This document shows, one piece after another, positions 1 to 9,371 of a stretch of 64,000 bases of DNA; position 1 is the stretch's first letter, and each line of letters begins with the position of its first letter. Below the pieces are notes generated by a model that did no database searches, was not told the DNA's origin, and was given only the letters and a program-made list of their open reading frames with translations. Location: NCBI GenBank assembly GCA_034416335.1, contig DAOULV010000018.1, positions 38,788-102,787 on the forward strand. The letters run 5' to 3'. The DNA is from Dehalococcoidales bacterium (GTDB lineage Bacteria > Chloroflexota > Dehalococcoidia > Dehalococcoidales > UBA2162). Made by a program: the position numbers and the translations under genes.

Positions 1-45
1 GGGGTGAGTACAATAACAACCAAAACCGAATAATACCATAAGTAG

Positions 46-81
46 GGAATAAAACGGGGGCTGGTGGTATCACCAGCCCCC
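46..81 (-). terminator. Intrinsic terminator downstream of trpB2
   Basis: GC hairpin gggggctggtg/gtat/caccagccccc at 56-81, followed on the minus strand by TTTTATT. It lies about 25 nt after the trpB2 stop. Confidence 0.6.
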
Positions 82-104
82 GTAATGTCCTGAAAGGGAA
101 TTTA

Positions 105-1469
105 TTATTCAGGTATTTCAGGCAGAGAAGCCAGCGCTTCCTTTACCTTCTCTTCGGGGTAGGCATAATCGGTGAGTTTTCCGGAAAGATAGGCTTCATA
201 AGCCGCCATATCGAAATGACCGTGACCGCTGTGTGCCAGAAGAATAACTTTGGACTCGCCTGACTCTTTGCACTTCAGGGCTTCGTCTATGGTCACTCTT
301 ATCGCGTGGTTGGTCTCAGGAGCGCTTATGATACCCTCGGTACGGGCGAACTGTACGCCGGCTTCGAATGTCGCTACCTGGGGTACGGCAACCGCTTCGA
401 CAAAGCCGAGTTTGTGGAGGTGGCAGATGAGCGGCGCCATACCGTGATACCTCAGGCCTCCGGCATGTACCGGCGGGGGCATAAAGGTGTGGCCGAGTGT
501 GAACATCTTGGCGATGGGAGCCATTCCGGCGACATCACCGTAGTCGTAGGCATAGAGCCCTTTGGTGAGGGTAGGACAACTCTCCGGCTCGACATTGATA
601 ATTCGCAGGTCGGGCTTGCTGCCGCTGAGTTTATCCTTGATGAACGGCAGGAACATACCGGCGAAGTTTGAGCCGCCGCCGACGCACCCGACGATGATAT
701 CGGGATAATATCCGGCCATTTCCATCTGTTTCATTGCTTCCTGGCCGATTACCGTCTGATGAAGTAATACGTGGCTGACAACGCTGCCCAGCGAGTAGTG
801 TGTATCGTCTCTCATCATACAGTCTTCTACCGCTTCACTGATGGCAAGACCGAGGCTGCCGGGACAGTCCGGGTCCTGGGCAAGCATGTCGCGTCCTGCC
901 TTGGTATCCTGGCTGGGACTGGGAATGCAGGTAGCACCCCAGGTCTCCATCATCAACCGGCGGTAGGGTTTCTGGTTATAGCTGACTTTGACCATGTAAA
1001 CCTTGAGTTCAATGTCGAAGAGCATGCAGCCGAAAGCAAGAGAACTGCCCCACTGGCCGGCTCCTGTTTCGGTGGTAAGCCGTTTGATGCCTTCTTTCTT
1101 ATTGTAATAAGCCTGGGCTACCGCTGTGTTCGGTTTGTGGCTTCCGGCCTGGCTGGTACCTTCGTATTTGTAAAAAATCTTGGCGGGGGTATCCAGAGCC
1201 TTTTCCAGGTTGTAGGCACGGTGCAATACCGTCGGTCGCCACGTAGCGTAGATCTCCTGGATTTCTTCCGGGATGTCTATGTAGCGTTCCTGGCTTACTT
1301 CCTGCATAATCAATTCCATCGGGAAGAGGGGTGCCAGGTCGGGTGGGGTCAGGGGTTCCTTTGTCATCGGATGAAGCATAGGTGGCAGCGGTTCAGGCAA
1401 ATCTGCCTGGACGTTATACCACCGGGTAGGCATATCCTTCTGTTCAAGGAAAAACCTTCTTGTGTCCAT
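105..1469 (-). CDS. trpB: Tryptophan synthase beta chain, TrpB2-type (PLP-dependent)
   Basis: 454 aa ORF. The N-terminus ([16 protein letters not shown]) and the long form are typical of TrpB2, with a GGGSN PLP-phosphate loop and a GHGHFD motif. AAGGAGG RBS before the ATG. Confidence 0.9.
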   Translation of the reverse strand: MDTRRFFLEQKDMPTRWYNVQADLPEPLPPMLHPMTKEPLTPPDLAPLFPMELIMQEVSQERYIDIPEEIQEIYATWRPTVLHRAYNLEKALDTPAKIFYKYEGTSQAGSHKPNTAVAQAYYNKKEGIKRLTTETGAGQWGSSLAFGCMLFDIELKVYMVKVSYNQKPYRRLMMETWGATCIPSPSQDTKAGRDMLAQDPDCPGSLGLAISEAVEDCMMRDDTHYSLGSVVSHVLLHQTVIGQEAMKQMEMAGYYPDIIVGCVGGGSNFAGMFLPFIKDKLSGSKPDLRIINVEPESCPTLTKGLYAYDYGDVAGMAPIAKMFTLGHTFMPPPVHAGGLRYHGMAPLICHLHKLGFVEAVAVPQVATFEAGVQFARTEGIISAPETNHAIRVTIDEALKCKESGESKVILLAHSGHGHFDMAAYEAYLSGKLTDYAYPEEKVKEALASLPEIPE

Positions 1470-1550
1470 ATATCCTCCTTACATTATTTTCGGTGTATGT
1501 TTCTATCCGGTTTACCCGGGGCTGGTATCAAGGGTATTTACCATCCCCTT

Positions 1551-1860
1551 AAAATAAAATCCCCCACCCTAAAAGGGGCGGGGGTTTACTTCCGCGGTGC
1601 CACCCTCCTTAGCCGAACCAGTTATCCGGACCGGCTATCTTTTGCGGGTACAGAGATTATACAACCGATATTAAGGTACTCGATACCTCGGGATCTGATA
1701 ACGCTTCCCAAGCGGCAAAGCCTACTTGCACCGGATACTCTGGGCTTTCGGTTTGCGGCTCCCAGGTCCATTCACCTCCCGCGCCGACATCGGTTCACAC
1801 CCGAGTGCTCCATCATCACTGCTTTCCCGACTCTCTGAGACTCGCTTTGGAGGCTACTAG
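1551..1860 (-). promoter_or_regulatory. T-box riboswitch leader, Trp-specific (UGG specifier), with terminator
   Basis: The minus-strand RNA shows stem-I AGAGAG (plus 1831-1836) and a specifier loop GUGAA-UGG-A (UGG = plus 1768-1770). The T-box core AGGGUGGCACCGCGG is at plus 1592-1607. It is followed by a CCCCCGCCC/GGGUGGGGG hairpin plus AUUUUAUUUU (plus 1551-1585), upstream of the trpB2 RBS. Confidence 0.8.
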
Positions 1861-1946
1861 TCCTGTTCACAGCCTCTGGCTTTATTCGATTGTCATTGAT
1901 TCTACTTTACCGCTTAGTGTTTGTCAATACGCGGCAGTTGTAAGGG

Positions 1947-2432
1947 TTATTCTTTACTCCAGTCGGACACAACTCCTATCGAGTCCATATCCTTGTAGAC
2001 GGCACAGTATATCAGGCACTCACCTGTTTTGTCGTCTACTTCGAGCCCGGCTGAATAGGTAGTCATGTAATTCAGTTTGGTGATAATCTGCTCCGATATC
2101 ATATTGGCTAAGGGGCACATATAGGGGTCTATACCGCTTTGCTTGAGTTTGGCTTCCTTGGGCAGGTGAATGCAGCCTTTCATATTTAGTTTAAGCAGGA
2201 TACCCTTCCCGCCTACTTTCCCCGTCATATCCTGGACGAAACCGTCCTTCTTTATTTCCGCGACGCAGTTTTCGACCAGTTCCTCAATAGTATTGCCCTG
2301 TATATTTTTGTCATTGAGATAGTCTGAGCCGATAAGCTCTACCTTGCACCGGGCATTAATCTGGGATAATTCGTGGAAAAAGATTTCTTCGAATCTGAAT
2401 AATAAATCATTTGTATATTCTATATTGTTCAT
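1947..2432 (-). CDS. Hypothetical protein, possibly V4R-like small-molecule-binding domain
   Basis: 161 aa ORF abutting the downstream nitroreductase gene (stop/start adjacent). Spaced Cys/Gly residues (GCIHLP..MCPLANM) resemble a V4R domain. The function call is weak. Confidence 0.55.
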   Translation of the reverse strand: MNNIEYTNDLLFRFEEIFFHELSQINARCKVELIGSDYLNDKNIQGNTIEELVENCVAEIKKDGFVQDMTGKVGGKGILLKLNMKGCIHLPKEAKLKQSGIDPYMCPLANMISEQIITKLNYMTTYSAGLEVDDKTGECLIYCAVYKDMDSIGVVSDWSKE

Positions 2433-3089
2433 TTAAGCCCTCTTCCTGTTCCCGAATTTTTCCCAGTGCACGAACTCCGAAGAATCTTTCCTGCCCTGGG
2501 GGTGACTGCGTCGTCCCGAAGGCCAGCCTATCGAAACGATAGCCAGCATCTTATAGTCGGCTAAGCCGGTGGGGATGCCGAGAAGCTCTTTTATCTTCTT
2601 CACTATGCGCGGATATACCGCCGGTCCGTGGACCCAGCAGGCGCCCAATCCCAACGAATGTGCTTCAAGAATGGCGTTCTCGATGGCGGCAGACAGGTCA
2701 TAAGGGGTATCCATCATTCCCTTGAGTTCTCCGATTACGACCATGACCAGCGGAGCGTTAGCCGGGAAGTACGAGACCATTCCGCTGTAATAGAATTCAG
2801 CTACCCTGGCTCTTTCCACCGGATCTTCGTATATATCGAACCTGTGGTCTTCACCGAGGCAGTGTTCGGCCGTGCCGCGCTGGCCGGTACCGACTTTACA
2901 GAGGTTTCCTATTTTCTCCCGGGTTTCGGGATCCTTTACCATGATGAAATGCCACGGCTGCTCATTTTCGCCGCTCGGTGCCCACCTGGCAGCCTCGACA
3001 ATTTTATCTATCATTTCATCGGGTATCGGCTCATCGGTATACTTGCGTATACTCTGCCGGCTGGTTATGACGTCAAGAATATCAGCCAT
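2433..3089 (-). CDS. Nitroreductase family protein (FMN-dependent)
   Basis: 218 aa. The RQSIRKYTDEPIP..AARWAPSGENEQPWHF signature is typical of the nitroreductase fold. Confidence 0.85.
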   Translation of the reverse strand: MADILDVITSRQSIRKYTDEPIPDEMIDKIVEAARWAPSGENEQPWHFIMVKDPETREKIGNLCKVGTGQRGTAEHCLGEDHRFDIYEDPVERARVAEFYYSGMVSYFPANAPLVMVVIGELKGMMDTPYDLSAAIENAILEAHSLGLGACWVHGPAVYPRIVKKIKELLGIPTGLADYKMLAIVSIGWPSGRRSHPQGRKDSSEFVHWEKFGNRKRA

Positions 3090-3204
3090 TTTTTCTCTCC
3101 CTAATTTTACTTTAACTCGGTCTTCTCCCTGTAATCCGTGTTATCAGGGAAACAATTTAGTAGGAGATGATTTAATACTCCCTACTCCACAATCACCCTT
3201 ATTA

Positions 3205-4131
3205 TCATTTGGTATCGAAGACTGCCTCTGCAGACTTTCCCATTACCATATCCAGCTCCTCGGTAGTGAACTCAATATTTGTTTGCGGCTCCTTGATAGC
3301 CTTCACCCACTCAGCTTCGGGAGTCAATACATTCGGATTGGGGAAACCACTACCGAACATTATCTTCTCAGGACCGCAGGCATCTATAGCATCGCGCAGC
3401 CACCGATAAAAATAATCAGGTTGCAGGTGCCAAAAACCCTGGTACTCTGAAAAGTCCATATAGACGTTAGGTACTATACTGGCTTCTATGGCTTCTCTCC
3501 TGTATATTCTTGTACCAGCGTGTCCGATAACTACTTTAAGCTCGGGGTACATGAGGCCTACATTGGCGATCCTGAACGGATGACAATAGTCCCAGTGAGC
3601 TATTTCCTTCCCGGAATGGATAATCACAGGCACTTTCCAGTCGATACATTTTTCATAGATGGGGTAACAAATCGGATCATCCGGTCGAAATCCCGTAGCT
3701 GGCATGAAGTAGAACCCCTTCATTCCCCAATCTTCAATGGCCTCCCTGGCAATGTCAAGAGCATCCCCCCTCGTGGGATTAAGAGCACACACCGGTACGA
3801 ATCGGCCCTTATGCTTTTTCGCCGCATCGGCATGGGCCTTATTCTGCTCTCTTACCGGAACTTTTGGCGGTCCGGTTACAGCCTCCCAATCCACAGGGAA
3901 AATAACAGCCTTGTCAACTCCTGCTTTGTCCATCAATTCGATCACGCCATCGCCCTCAGGGTCAACCACTGACGGCTTCATAGCTGTCAACATATCTTTA
4001 AAATCATCAATGGACTTGTTTGTATGATGCACCCGATTATACTCGGTAATGTACATTTTCCATACAAATCGTAAATACTTACCCCTTACCCAACCAGTCC
4101 CACTAAGATGCATGTGAGCATCAATAATCAT
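3205..4131 (-). CDS. Amidohydrolase-2 family metal-dependent hydrolase
   Basis: 308 aa. N-terminal IIDAHMHL metal-binding motif, with later HSG and HAG motifs typical of TIM-barrel amidohydrolases. Confidence 0.8.
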   Translation of the reverse strand: MIIDAHMHLSGTGWVRGKYLRFVWKMYITEYNRVHHTNKSIDDFKDMLTAMKPSVVDPEGDGVIELMDKAGVDKAVIFPVDWEAVTGPPKVPVREQNKAHADAAKKHKGRFVPVCALNPTRGDALDIAREAIEDWGMKGFYFMPATGFRPDDPICYPIYEKCIDWKVPVIIHSGKEIAHWDYCHPFRIANVGLMYPELKVVIGHAGTRIYRREAIEASIVPNVYMDFSEYQGFWHLQPDYFYRWLRDAIDACGPEKIMFGSGFPNPNVLTPEAEWVKAIKEPQTNIEFTTEELDMVMGKSAEAVFDTK

Positions 4132-4328
4132 AAAAATACTCCTTCCTAAGTATTGAAATCATAGTAATATTGCAGACAGATTTTATTAATTCGTGATAAA
4201 AACCAGTGGTGATACCAGTATATTGTCTGGATATTTCAATGTCAATGATAATGCCCTTTCGTTGAGTGCTGCAGGATACTATCGGTTTTGGTTGTGATTT
4301 TTGGGTTCACCCCCTTTCTCCCCCTCAA

Positions 4329-4957
4329 GGCGTTGCCCTATAAATGGTACTTGCCTTAAAAGTAAGGTAGTTGCCTCAAAAGTATCTGATTATGGGAGGT
4401 ATTATTAATGCTTCCTGTAATCAGGATAAAAGTATTCCATTATCTCAAGATATATGTGTTTGTATTATTGATATATACTACCTTACTCTGGGTACTGACT
4501 AGATTCCCTATAAACGATTCATCATTTCGTGTAATAGCCACTATCGGATACTATTTGGTATATATTGGTTTAGCATCTATCGCAATAGCTTTACTCGCTG
4601 TTCTTAAAAGACTTTATAAGTATAAAAAAGAAGATAGCAAAGATAAGAATAGCGATAAATCCATCGCTGATTTGGCTATTGATTTGGGTAGTATCTGTAA
4701 TTCCTTCACTAATAAGCTTTCTTTGATATTCAATAAGATTAATCACGTCATAAATTTTATACACAATAACTCCGAGAGAAAATAAAGATGCTAGACCTTT
4801 ACTAATATTATTACCCAATGCAACAATACCTCCAAGTGATAGTTTGAACATTATATGGAATAGATGCAGATATGTATATAGTTATTAACAGACTTTTAAG
4901 GCAAAATAGGGTGTTGCCCCAAAAGTAAGGAGAAAATAAGACTTTTAAGGCAACGTC
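4329..4957. mobile_element. MITE-like non-autonomous insertion (629 bp) with imperfect terminal inverted repeats and 9-bp target-site duplication
   Basis: The flanks 4283-4328 and 4958-5012 together reconstitute the intact REP element seen at 38053-38141. ccccctcaa is duplicated at 4320-4328 and 4958-4966. The ends read GGCGTTGCCCTATAAAT and, on the reverse complement, GACGTTGCCTTAAAAGT. The interior is AT-rich and has no transposase. Confidence 0.7.
4408..4785 (+). CDS. Small 2-TM membrane protein carried inside the MITE-like element
   Basis: 125 aa ORF with a GGGAGG RBS 8 nt upstream. It has two hydrophobic helices followed by a Lys/Asp-rich tail. No recognisable family. Confidence 0.5.
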   Translation: MLPVIRIKVFHYLKIYVFVLLIYTTLLWVLTRFPINDSSFRVIATIGYYLVYIGLASIAIALLAVLKRLYKYKKEDSKDKNSDKSIADLAIDLGSICNSFTNKLSLIFNKINHVINFIHNNSERK

Positions 4958-5215
4958 CCCCCTCAAACAGTTGCTATATTCAGCAGAGGTATTTCGATTG
5001 TTTGATGGGGTAAGGTATATATAAGTAACCAGAGGTAAACAGAACCTGATGCGAACGTTGTTGACAGCGAATTGGCTCTGTGTCAAAATAAGTCGGTTAT
5101 TAGCTGCATCAGTAAATTTTTTTCTGCATTTTACCCTGCATCATTCGGACCCCTCGAATGAATTAACGTCGGGGTAACGATTGTAAAAAAGATACCGTAG
5201 TAAGGAGGTCGTATT

Positions 5216-6442
5216 ATGCCTTTTGAATTATCACCGGCGGAGGAAATGGCACGAAAAATTGCCCGCGAATATTGTGAGAAATACATCATTCCCCGCCGTA
5301 AGGAGTTGATGACCAACGACCAGGATATGTGGGATGAAGAAGCCCGCAGGCAGACCAGGGCAGGTCTCCATCTTCATATCGTCCCCCGCGAGGAAGGCGG
5401 GACCGGGATAGGATATGTCGCAAGCTGTATTACCATTGAAGAATTATGCGCAGCCTGGCCCGACCTTGCCATGGCTATCTACGGTGAATTTGCTTATTAC
5501 TTTGCCAATGCTACCGGAGGAGTGGTAGCGGAAAAATTTATGCCGGGTATCATCAGCGGCGACATCCTGGCTACTCCCGCCATCACCGAACCCAGCGGAG
5601 GTTCCGATATGCTGGGGCTCCAGGCTAACGCCAAGAAAGTAGACGGCGGCTGGGTACTTAACGGCAGAAAAGTCTTCCAGAGTGAAGGACATTATGCGGA
5701 TTTCGTAATGACCCTGGTTAAGACCGGAGATCCCAACGATCCCAGGACTCCCGGCGCCCGGTCGCTTACAGCGTTTATCGTTGAAAGAGAGTTCGACGGT
5801 TTCCGCGTCGGCAGACTTGAAAATACTCTGGGCAGGAAAGGCGACCTTACCGAGTTTGTTTTCGATAACTGTTTCGTACCGGACAGTCACGTAGTCGGCG
5901 GAGAAGCGGGAATCGGCCGCGGTCTCGGACCGGTTTTCGCGGCAGTCGGAGATATCGGACGCCTGACTATCTGCGGGATGCTTACCGGCATTTCACTCGG
6001 AGCGTATCGCACCGCAATGATGTATGCCAAGGAACGGAACCTTTACGGACGTCCGATATCGGAACTGCAGATGATACAAGCGCGCGTTGCCAAAATGGCT
6101 GTGGACCTCGAAGCCTCGCGCGCCCTCACCTACCGTGCCGCTTGGTTGCGGACAAGAGGGAAAAGGTGTGATGCCGAACAGGCGACCGCTAAGAATTTCG
6201 CCGAACAGGCAGCTATAAGGTGCGCCGAACACTGCGTAAAAATCCACGGCGCCTATGGCGTTCTCGAAGACTATATGCCACATCACTATTACAGGCACGT
6301 ACCCCTGAGATTCAGCGCCGGCGGTACCGAGGAATCCCTGGGTATAATGATAGCCAATGCCGCTTTTCGTAATGAAGCTAATCCCGACCTCAGCAGTAAT
6401 TCGATGGAAACAGCAGGCTGGTGGGGAAGGATGGAATGGTAA
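5216..6442 (+). CDS. Acyl-CoA dehydrogenase
   Basis: 408 aa. AAGGAGG RBS. ACAD motifs are present (TEPSGGSD, C-terminal IHGAYG), and the etfBA genes lie immediately downstream. Confidence 0.9.
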   Translation: MPFELSPAEEMARKIAREYCEKYIIPRRKELMTNDQDMWDEEARRQTRAGLHLHIVPREEGGTGIGYVASCITIEELCAAWPDLAMAIYGEFAYYFANATGGVVAEKFMPGIISGDILATPAITEPSGGSDMLGLQANAKKVDGGWVLNGRKVFQSEGHYADFVMTLVKTGDPNDPRTPGARSLTAFIVEREFDGFRVGRLENTLGRKGDLTEFVFDNCFVPDSHVVGGEAGIGRGLGPVFAAVGDIGRLTICGMLTGISLGAYRTAMMYAKERNLYGRPISELQMIQARVAKMAVDLEASRALTYRAAWLRTRGKRCDAEQATAKNFAEQAAIRCAEHCVKIHGAYGVLEDYMPHHYYRHVPLRFSAGGTEESLGIMIANAAFRNEANPDLSSNSMETAGWWGRMEW

Positions 6443-6481
6443 TGAATACTGCGGGATTAATAATAGGCGAGGAGTATTAGT

Positions 6482-7294
6482 ATGAAGCCATTGAATATAG
6501 TAGTCTGCGTCAAGCCTGTTCCCGACTCGCGATACTGGGACAGACTCAGCCTTGACACTAATACAAAACTGCTTCGGCGCGAGGGTATACCCATCATTAT
6601 GAACCCCCTGGATAAAAATGCAATCGAGGAAGCGCTGAAGATAAAAGAAGAACGCGGGGGAAAAGTAACCGTGATAAGTATGGGGCCGGACAGTACGCTC
6701 GACGTCCTTGCCTGGGCATATGCCCTGGGAGTCGATGATGCGGTCTTGCTTTCGGACAGGGCTTTCGCCGGAGCCGATACGCTGGCAACGGCCTATGTAA
6801 TCGCTACCGGTGTCAAGAAAATCGGTGACGTGGATATGGTTATCCTCGGTAATGAGAGTCTGGACGGAAGTACCGCTCAGGTCGGTCCCCAGGTAGCGGA
6901 GTTCCTCGGTATGCCCCACCTGACAAATGTAGAAGAAATAAATTTCGTCGACGATGATACCGTACACGTAAAATGTAAGATAGAGAGCGGACATATGCTG
7001 GTAGAAGCCAAACTGCCGGTAACCCTGGCGGTCAACAGCGAGATAAACGATCCCAGGATTCCTCCGGTTTTCGGCGCTCTCTGGGCTACGGAGAAAGAAA
7101 GCACCAAATACACCGCTGGCGACATGGATGTAGACGAGAATAAAATCGGTCTTGCCGGTTCACCTTCTTACGTTCCCGAGGTTTCCAACATAGAAACGCA
7201 GCGAAAGGGTGAGGTTATCAGCGGCGACCCTGCCGACATTGCCCGGCAGCTGGTAGAAAAACTTAAAGCCGACGGAGTACTTCCCGAGGTATAA
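6482..7294 (+). CDS. etfB: Electron transfer flavoprotein beta subunit
   Basis: 270 aa. The N-terminus NIVVCVKPVPD is typical of EtfB, and the gene is adjacent to etfA. Confidence 0.9.
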   Translation: MKPLNIVVCVKPVPDSRYWDRLSLDTNTKLLRREGIPIIMNPLDKNAIEEALKIKEERGGKVTVISMGPDSTLDVLAWAYALGVDDAVLLSDRAFAGADTLATAYVIATGVKKIGDVDMVILGNESLDGSTAQVGPQVAEFLGMPHLTNVEEINFVDDDTVHVKCKIESGHMLVEAKLPVTLAVNSEINDPRIPPVFGALWATEKESTKYTAGDMDVDENKIGLAGSPSYVPEVSNIETQRKGEVISGDPADIARQLVEKLKADGVLPEV

Positions 7295-7308
7295 AACATC
7301 TGGAGGGT

Positions 7309-8313
7309 ATGATGACGGATACATATAGCGGAATCTGGATTTACGCGGAGCAGAGAAACGGGAAGTTACTGGATTCGGGACCGGAACTGCTCGGTGAAGC
7401 CCGTAAAATAGCCGATAAACGAGGACAGGAACTGGCTGCAGTGGTAATGGGAAGCAAAATCGCCGGTCTTGCCGACGAGCTGGCGGCATACGGAGCGGAT
7501 AAAGTCTACGTTGCCGATTCTCCGGTTCTCGAAAACTACCGGTGCGAAGCTTACGCCCCGATACTCGAAGAAATGATAAACAAATACAAGCCGGAGGTTT
7601 TCGTTATCGGCGGAAGCAGTATCGGCATGGACCTTGCTCCCAGGGTTGCGGCAAAGGTGAATACGGGGCTTGCCGCTCATGCGGTAGGACTCGACGTTGA
7701 TGACAACGGATGCCTTAAAGCCTTTGTACCGTCATTCGGCGGCAGTATTATGGCATCGATTACCTGCGCGGTCCACCGGCCTCAGATGGCCACCATTCCT
7801 CCCGGATTTCTTCAGAAACCGGAGAAACAGGAAGGCAGGAAGACTGAGGTTGTAAACGTTGAAGTAAAGATAATCGAGAAAGACCTCAGCACCAGGGTGC
7901 TGGAAGTCAAAACAACCGAATCAAAGGTCAAGCCGTTGGAATCCGCCGAAACGGTTATCGCCGGTGGTTACGGTATCGGCAGCAAAGAGAACTGGAAGAT
8001 GGTGGAAGATCTCGCCGCATCAATCGGCGGCAGTGTGGGTGCGACCCGGCCGGCCTGCGACGAAGGCTGGGCGGTACAGGAAGAGCAGATGATAGGACAG
8101 AGCGGCAAGACCGTCCATCCAAACCTTTATATAGGCGTAGGCGTATCCGGTATTATCCATCACCTTATAGGAATTCAGGACTCCAAGAAAATCGTGGCAA
8201 TCAACCGGGACGCCGACGCCCCGATTATGAAAGCGGCCGACTATGCCATAGTTGCCGATTATAAGGAAGTAGTACCGGCGCTTATAGAGGAATTCAAGAA
8301 GCTGAAGGTATAG
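7309..8313 (+). CDS. etfA: Electron transfer flavoprotein alpha subunit
   Basis: 334 aa. The C-terminal FAD-binding signature GQSGKTVHPNLYIGVGVSG is present. Confidence 0.9.
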   Translation: MMTDTYSGIWIYAEQRNGKLLDSGPELLGEARKIADKRGQELAAVVMGSKIAGLADELAAYGADKVYVADSPVLENYRCEAYAPILEEMINKYKPEVFVIGGSSIGMDLAPRVAAKVNTGLAAHAVGLDVDDNGCLKAFVPSFGGSIMASITCAVHRPQMATIPPGFLQKPEKQEGRKTEVVNVEVKIIEKDLSTRVLEVKTTESKVKPLESAETVIAGGYGIGSKENWKMVEDLAASIGGSVGATRPACDEGWAVQEEQMIGQSGKTVHPNLYIGVGVSGIIHHLIGIQDSKKIVAINRDADAPIMKAADYAIVADYKEVVPALIEEFKKLKV

Positions 8314-8521
8314 TCTTCATCAGAAAATACAGAGGACTAAGAGGGGAGAGTATTTACTCTCCCCTTCGCTACATTCGCGGTGATACCTATTCGCATCCGT
8401 CGCCCTCAAAGAAGATAAAGAGGGGCATTTGCTCCTCTTTATAAAACCTCCCGGATCTTGATAACGATAATATAAACGTCATCACGAATCAGGTTAGAAG
8501 AATGGAGTATAATACTAACCT

Positions 8522-8695
8522 ATGGAACATAAAGAAGCAATGAATATCCTGCTGGAGCTTGTGAAAAAGGGGACGCTGACCGACAAGGAAAGAGAAGCGG
8601 TTACCACGGCAATCGGTATACTGAGCTGGACTACTCTTTCTAAGGGCGTGGTGAAAGCCCGGAAAGCTAAACGGGATAAGAGCCTGGAATGGTAA
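8522..8695 (+). CDS. Small hypothetical protein (57 aa)
   Basis: ATG-to-TAA ORF below the length cut-off of the supplied track (MEHKEAMNILLELVKKGTLTDKEREAV...). It sits in an otherwise empty gap. There is no family assignment. Confidence 0.3.
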   Translation: MEHKEAMNILLELVKKGTLTDKEREAVTTAIGILSWTTLSKGVVKARKAKRDKSLEW

Positions 8696-9088
8696 TTACT
8701 TCTCCAGCAGTTCTATAAGCACACCGCTCATCGACTTGGGGTGGATGAAGGCTACCATCCCTTCGATACCCTGTCTCGGCTCGGTGTCTATGAGTCTGAT
8801 ACCCTTGTCGGCTAGGTCGGCAAGGGTCTTTTTTATATCATCCACCTCGATACAGAGGTGATGGATGCCTTCGCCGCGACTTTCGATGAATTTGCCGATA
8901 ACGCCGCCTTCACCGACAGGTTCTATCAACTCCAGCATATCTTCGCCGGCAGAAATCATCGCGGCTCTCATTCCCGATTCCGGGGCATCGTGAATTTCTC
9001 CCAGTTCCGCCCCCAGAGACTGATATGTTTTTACCGCTTCATCAAGATTCTTTACCGCTATGCCGGTATGGCTTATTCCCTTTAGCAT
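8696..9088 (-). CDS. mce: Methylmalonyl-CoA epimerase (VOC/glyoxalase fold)
   Basis: 130 aa. The ISHTGIAV..LELIEP..GEGIHHLCIEVDDI pattern is characteristic, and the gene is clustered with acyl-CoA mutase genes. Confidence 0.85.
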   Translation of the reverse strand: MLKGISHTGIAVKNLDEAVKTYQSLGAELGEIHDAPESGMRAAMISAGEDMLELIEPVGEGGVIGKFIESRGEGIHHLCIEVDDIKKTLADLADKGIRLIDTEPRQGIEGMVAFIHPKSMSGVLIELLEK

Positions 9089-9169
9089 TATAATAAAACC
9101 TCCTGTTAACGAGAGAGCAGGCTGGTTACCAATCTACAACCTGCTCTAATTATCCCTCATTACATTTAA

Positions 9170-9365
9170 CCATCTCAACTGTCATTGCGGGAGTGAAGCC
9201 CATAATCCGTTTATTAGATTCCCGCCTGCGCGGGAATGACGGAAAGGACGGATCTCAACCGCCATTGCGAGGAGTCCGCCTGCGGCGGACGACGTGGCAA
9301 TCTATAAGATTTATATAGATTGCTTCGGTTCGCCTGTTGATGGCGAATCTCGCAATGACAATGTT
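9170..9365. repeat. Cluster of interspersed REP-like elements (gtcattgcgag / tctcgcaatgac family)
   Basis: Inverted copies of the cattgcgag motif plus tatagattgc. The same motifs recur at 20395-20500, 26017-26385, 31190-31460, 39940-40060 and 41150-41185. Confidence 0.7.
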
Positions 9366-9371
9366 ATTCAG

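Noticed and set aside
771-1838. 355-aa plus-strand ORF
   Set aside because: It is antisense to the well-supported trpB2 gene and the T-box leader, so it is a shadow ORF in GC-rich coding DNA.
4591-4851. 86-aa minus-strand ORF inside the MITE-like element
   Set aside because: It overlaps the plus-strand 125-aa ORF, which has a good RBS. It has no RBS of its own. It cannot be excluded, but it is the less likely of the two.
5993-6994. 333-aa minus-strand ORF
   Set aside because: It is antisense to the acyl-CoA dehydrogenase and etfB genes, which have clear family motifs.
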